Part shown: positions 60,941 to 64,000 of the stretch, in pieces
Numbering within the stretch: the first letter of the stretch is position 1
How the letters are laid out: each line of letters opens with the position of its first letter
Origin: Hydrolagus colliei
Taxonomy: Eukaryota
Length of the DNA: 64,000 nt
Direction of reading: 5' to 3'
Assembly (NCBI GenBank): GCA_035084275.1
Contig: CM068761.1
Location: forward strand, 682,001 to 746,000
The notes under the pieces: model-generated
Seen by the model: the letters and a program-made list of their open reading frames with translations, nothing else
Told to the model about the DNA's origin: nothing
Databases searched by the model: none
Translations under genes and position numbers: made by a program

Positions 60941-62039
60941 TCACAGTGGTCATTTGCACTCATATGTACAAGTGAACCCAACTCCCCTCATTGCCTACCC
61001 CCTAATGTATGCCTAATGGCTGAGACTCAGATGTTTTTTCTGAGGAGAATCGTGTGTGACATCCTGTCGCTAGTCCAGCTTTGTGCTTTGTGTCACTGGT
61101 GCATCTTGCCACATTACCAGCTTAGAACCCTTTGCAAGTCTTAAGTTGACCCACCATGACCCACGTCAATGGGCTGAGTTACCCAGAATGGTTGAATAGG
61201 TAAACGGCATTATTTATTGTGAGCTTTATCAATGGAGAAGCTGGTTATCAACACCTCATCTTGTGAGGTTTTCAAGCAGTTGGAAGATCAGTGACTTCTG
61301 GCTTTGGAGAGGATTGTGTTTGATTATTTCATTTGATGATATGTTGAATTCCTGTATGAATAAGTCATGTTCACCGATTTGACGTACAATTAAACTGCAG
61401 CTCTGAAATGAAGCCAAGGCATTTGTGAATCGTGGTTGGCAGTCAAGTGTGTTTGGCTGCACTAATCATTTTGAGAAGCTGCTGTGGGTCAAATGTCTGC
61501 TCATTAAAATCCAGGGCAGCTTGTGTCTTCAGTGCCTGACCACAACTTAATTGAGAACATTGAACAGCTGGGTTTGCGAAAGGCCTTATCGACGTTTTGA
61601 ATAAAGCAGCAATGGGTCCCATTTCTCACTCATGTACAATAATATGACAGAACATGTGTGATTAAAGGACAAATGTACTCAAATTGTAGTGAAACAGTTC
61701 CAGTCCATTCTTCTCCCTCCACACCAGATTGAGCAGCTTTTTCACGGGGTAACTGAGGAAGCAATGCCTTAGAATGCTCTCCTCATCTTTCCCCTATGCA
61801 GTTTCTGTGATCTTTGTTCAGAGGTTTACCCCTATAGCCACAACATTCGGGTGGAAGTTCACTCTGAGTAAATACTGTGAAATCGTAGGCTTCACACAGT
61901 GAGATATACATATTTCAGTTATTTTGAGCTGTGAATTGAGATCCAAGTTGAGGATCTTTGTATGAATCTCTCTGATGATAATCCTTGTATTTCAATTGGT
62001 ACCTTATGTTTGTCAAAGAGCTGCACGGATTTCCTGTAA

Positions 62040-62196
62040 AGTTATTGGCTGTGCATTTTTTATGTTTCTCTCTCACCCTCCCCACGACCCAGTCAGTATT
62101 CTTCCACGTGATATACAGTAGTGATTTGAAGCGCTGTGAGACATCTAGAAGACATGAAAAGCGCTGTATCAAATCTAAAGATTGTTATTATTGTTT
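62040..62196 (+). mobile_element. SINE 3' end
   Basis: tgaagcgctgtgagacatctagaagacatgaaaagcgctgtatcaaat..attgttattatt. Confidence 0.75.
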
Positions 62197-62852
62197 TAGA
62201 ATAATGTACTTTCGACTACATTTGGTTCTCAGCAACAGGAAATTAATATTTATACCAACAGAAGATGTGAATGAAATGGAAAAGTTAAATTGTTTGGCCA
62301 AGCAAACTCTGTAGTCAATAGATGAATCATCCTGGTTAATAATCTACCATAAAAACAATGTTGCTGGGTTTTCCTTGCAGTCTTATCGCTTATCAGTGTT
62401 ACTAATATGTGTGCTTTTTGCTTTTCAATAACTTGTCAATTGTAAAATAATTTATACGCTTGCAGATTGATGAAGTGCACTGAACCAAATTAAAAGTATA
62501 ATTTTAAGGGCAGAACCGCCATAAACTCAAAGTTCAAGTTGCGATGACACTGACCAGCAGAGTATAAAGTATTCGGGAAGTTCAGTTGCTTGTGACATGG
62601 TGGTTTCTTCCATAATGCTAGTGGTTATACAATCTTCAGGCATATCTATTATACAGTGCCACAATTTTTATATCAGCCGCTAATAGAATCTGTGACTTAT
62701 ACATCTTAACAAATAGTAAGCTTTTAAAAAGCCTAGACGTACACAATAGCAGGTAGAGGGAACAGAAGGATTTGTAAGAACATGATTCAGTGGCAGCGAG
62801 TTTGTTTCTCAACATGTTGTAACAGGTTAAGTTGTTTTGTTCTCTTTAATTC

Positions 62853-62912
62853 AACAATAACAACTTTGATTTATATCGCGCCCTCCATGCCGGATGGCAT
62901 CTCAGAGCGCTT
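62853..62912 (-). mobile_element. L2-type tail (second subfamily)
   Basis: caacaataacaac..tttatatcgcgccctccatgccggatggcatctcagagcgctt. Confidence 0.8.
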
Positions 62913-63507
62913 CAATTCACCATAGGATTGAGGGGAGGAAAGTATAATTATTTTATTAAACAGATTAACCCTTCTTCCAATGAAAGGCCAAGAATCGAAT
63001 TTCAATATACGTGAATATTTATGCCCTAATTTTCCCACCTTGCTCTTTGCCTCCCCATGTAAAAGGCGCTATAAAAATGGCATTTGTTGTGTTGCTGCTG
63101 CCAGTAAGAATCTCATTTTTAATGGTTGGAGTGATTGAGTGATCAATTTACTGGTTCGAGTGATTTTGGTATTTTGCTCCAAATTGGCTGTCTCACTGGT
63201 CTAACTGAGGAGAGCTTAAATCTGTTCCTTTTGCTTTGAGAGCCTTCTACCCTTACATTTAATCAGGTGAGCAAACTTTTTCTGTGGCACACCTCACTCA
63301 TTTTGTCCTGTTATCTAAACCTATAGGAATTTTTATATATTTATTGCTTGCAGTATGTTTCCACATTGCAGGATAATGTGATGTACAGGCCTTTCCGCAG
63401 CCCTGTACAATCTGCCTGTACAAGCTGTGCTTCAAAAAGGCTGTGATTTCAAAACCATGTGGTCCATTTCACCCTTTTGAAGTCAGCAAAGTTCCATATC
63501 AAATAGT

Positions 63508-63690
63508 CAACAGCAACTTGCATTTTTATAGTGCCCTTCACACAGGGTAGTGTCCTAGTGTGTGACTGTTGTGGAGCGCCAGGCCAGGTCAGGGGGAAGG
63601 CATGATCGAAGGGGAGTGTTTTCAAGTTTTACCTGAAAAATGGGGAATGAGAGAGTTCCAGAGTTTCAGGCCATAGTAGCTGAAAGCGCA
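63508..63690 (-). mobile_element. Older L2 3' end
   Basis: caacagcaacttgcatttttatagtgcccttca.. and gagagttccagagtt..ctgaaagc (rc ~AFS..LWNSL). A related tail lies at ~18260-18325. Confidence 0.65.
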
Positions 63691-63740
63691 GAGAGCATTA
63701 TCCTACTGGGAAACACAAGCAGCTAAATACTTCATCAGTT

Positions 63741-63811
63741 AACAACGACAAACAAAGCAAAATTACATTTATAGAGCGCCTTTCACGTCAGGAGGATGTC
63801 CCAAGTCGCTT
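63741..63811 (-). mobile_element. L2 3' tail-only insertion
   Basis: aaaattacatttatagagcgcctttcacgtcaggaggatgtcccaagtcgct. Confidence 0.85.
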
Positions 63812-64000
63812 AACGATACGATACGCAAGTGCTACATTTGTTGTAATATCACCCGGTAATTTCAAAAACAGGAATCTACTAGCATGTTTTGTGTGACATT
63901 TTGACTGTTTTTGAATGATTTCCACAAGTCTCGTTCGGAATATCTTGAGTTGATCATATTTCTTGTTTAGTCATGTTGCAGCAGAATGTGAAATCCAGTG

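Overview
This is eukaryotic, AT-rich, repeat-dense vertebrate DNA. The repeat content (DeuSINE-derived tRNA SINEs with L2 tails, L2 and CR1 LINEs, LF-SINE-like copies, shark-type Penelope palindromes) points to a cartilaginous fish, probably a chimaera such as Callorhinchus; this is inference. Only one host exon is supported: 27854-28054 (+), 201 nt, phase 0/0, matching FBRSL1 exon 2 (AUTS2/fibrosin family). The window therefore appears to be introns 1 and 2 of that gene. Most ORFs in the track look like noise or transposon debris. I found no intact novel protein-coding system. The most unusual structures are: a histone H2B fragment joined to a split, half-inverted SINE (twin-priming-like retrocopy, 26973-27730); hammerhead-ribozyme remnants inside palindromic Penelope-type repeats; a Tigger-like MITE with a ~480-bp internal palindrome; a hAT MITE with TSDs and a nested L2 tail; and one co-varying 3' stem-loop shared by three retroposon families that shows template-switch products. 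Family names come from recalled consensus sequences, not from a search. Boundaries of degraded repeats are approximate.
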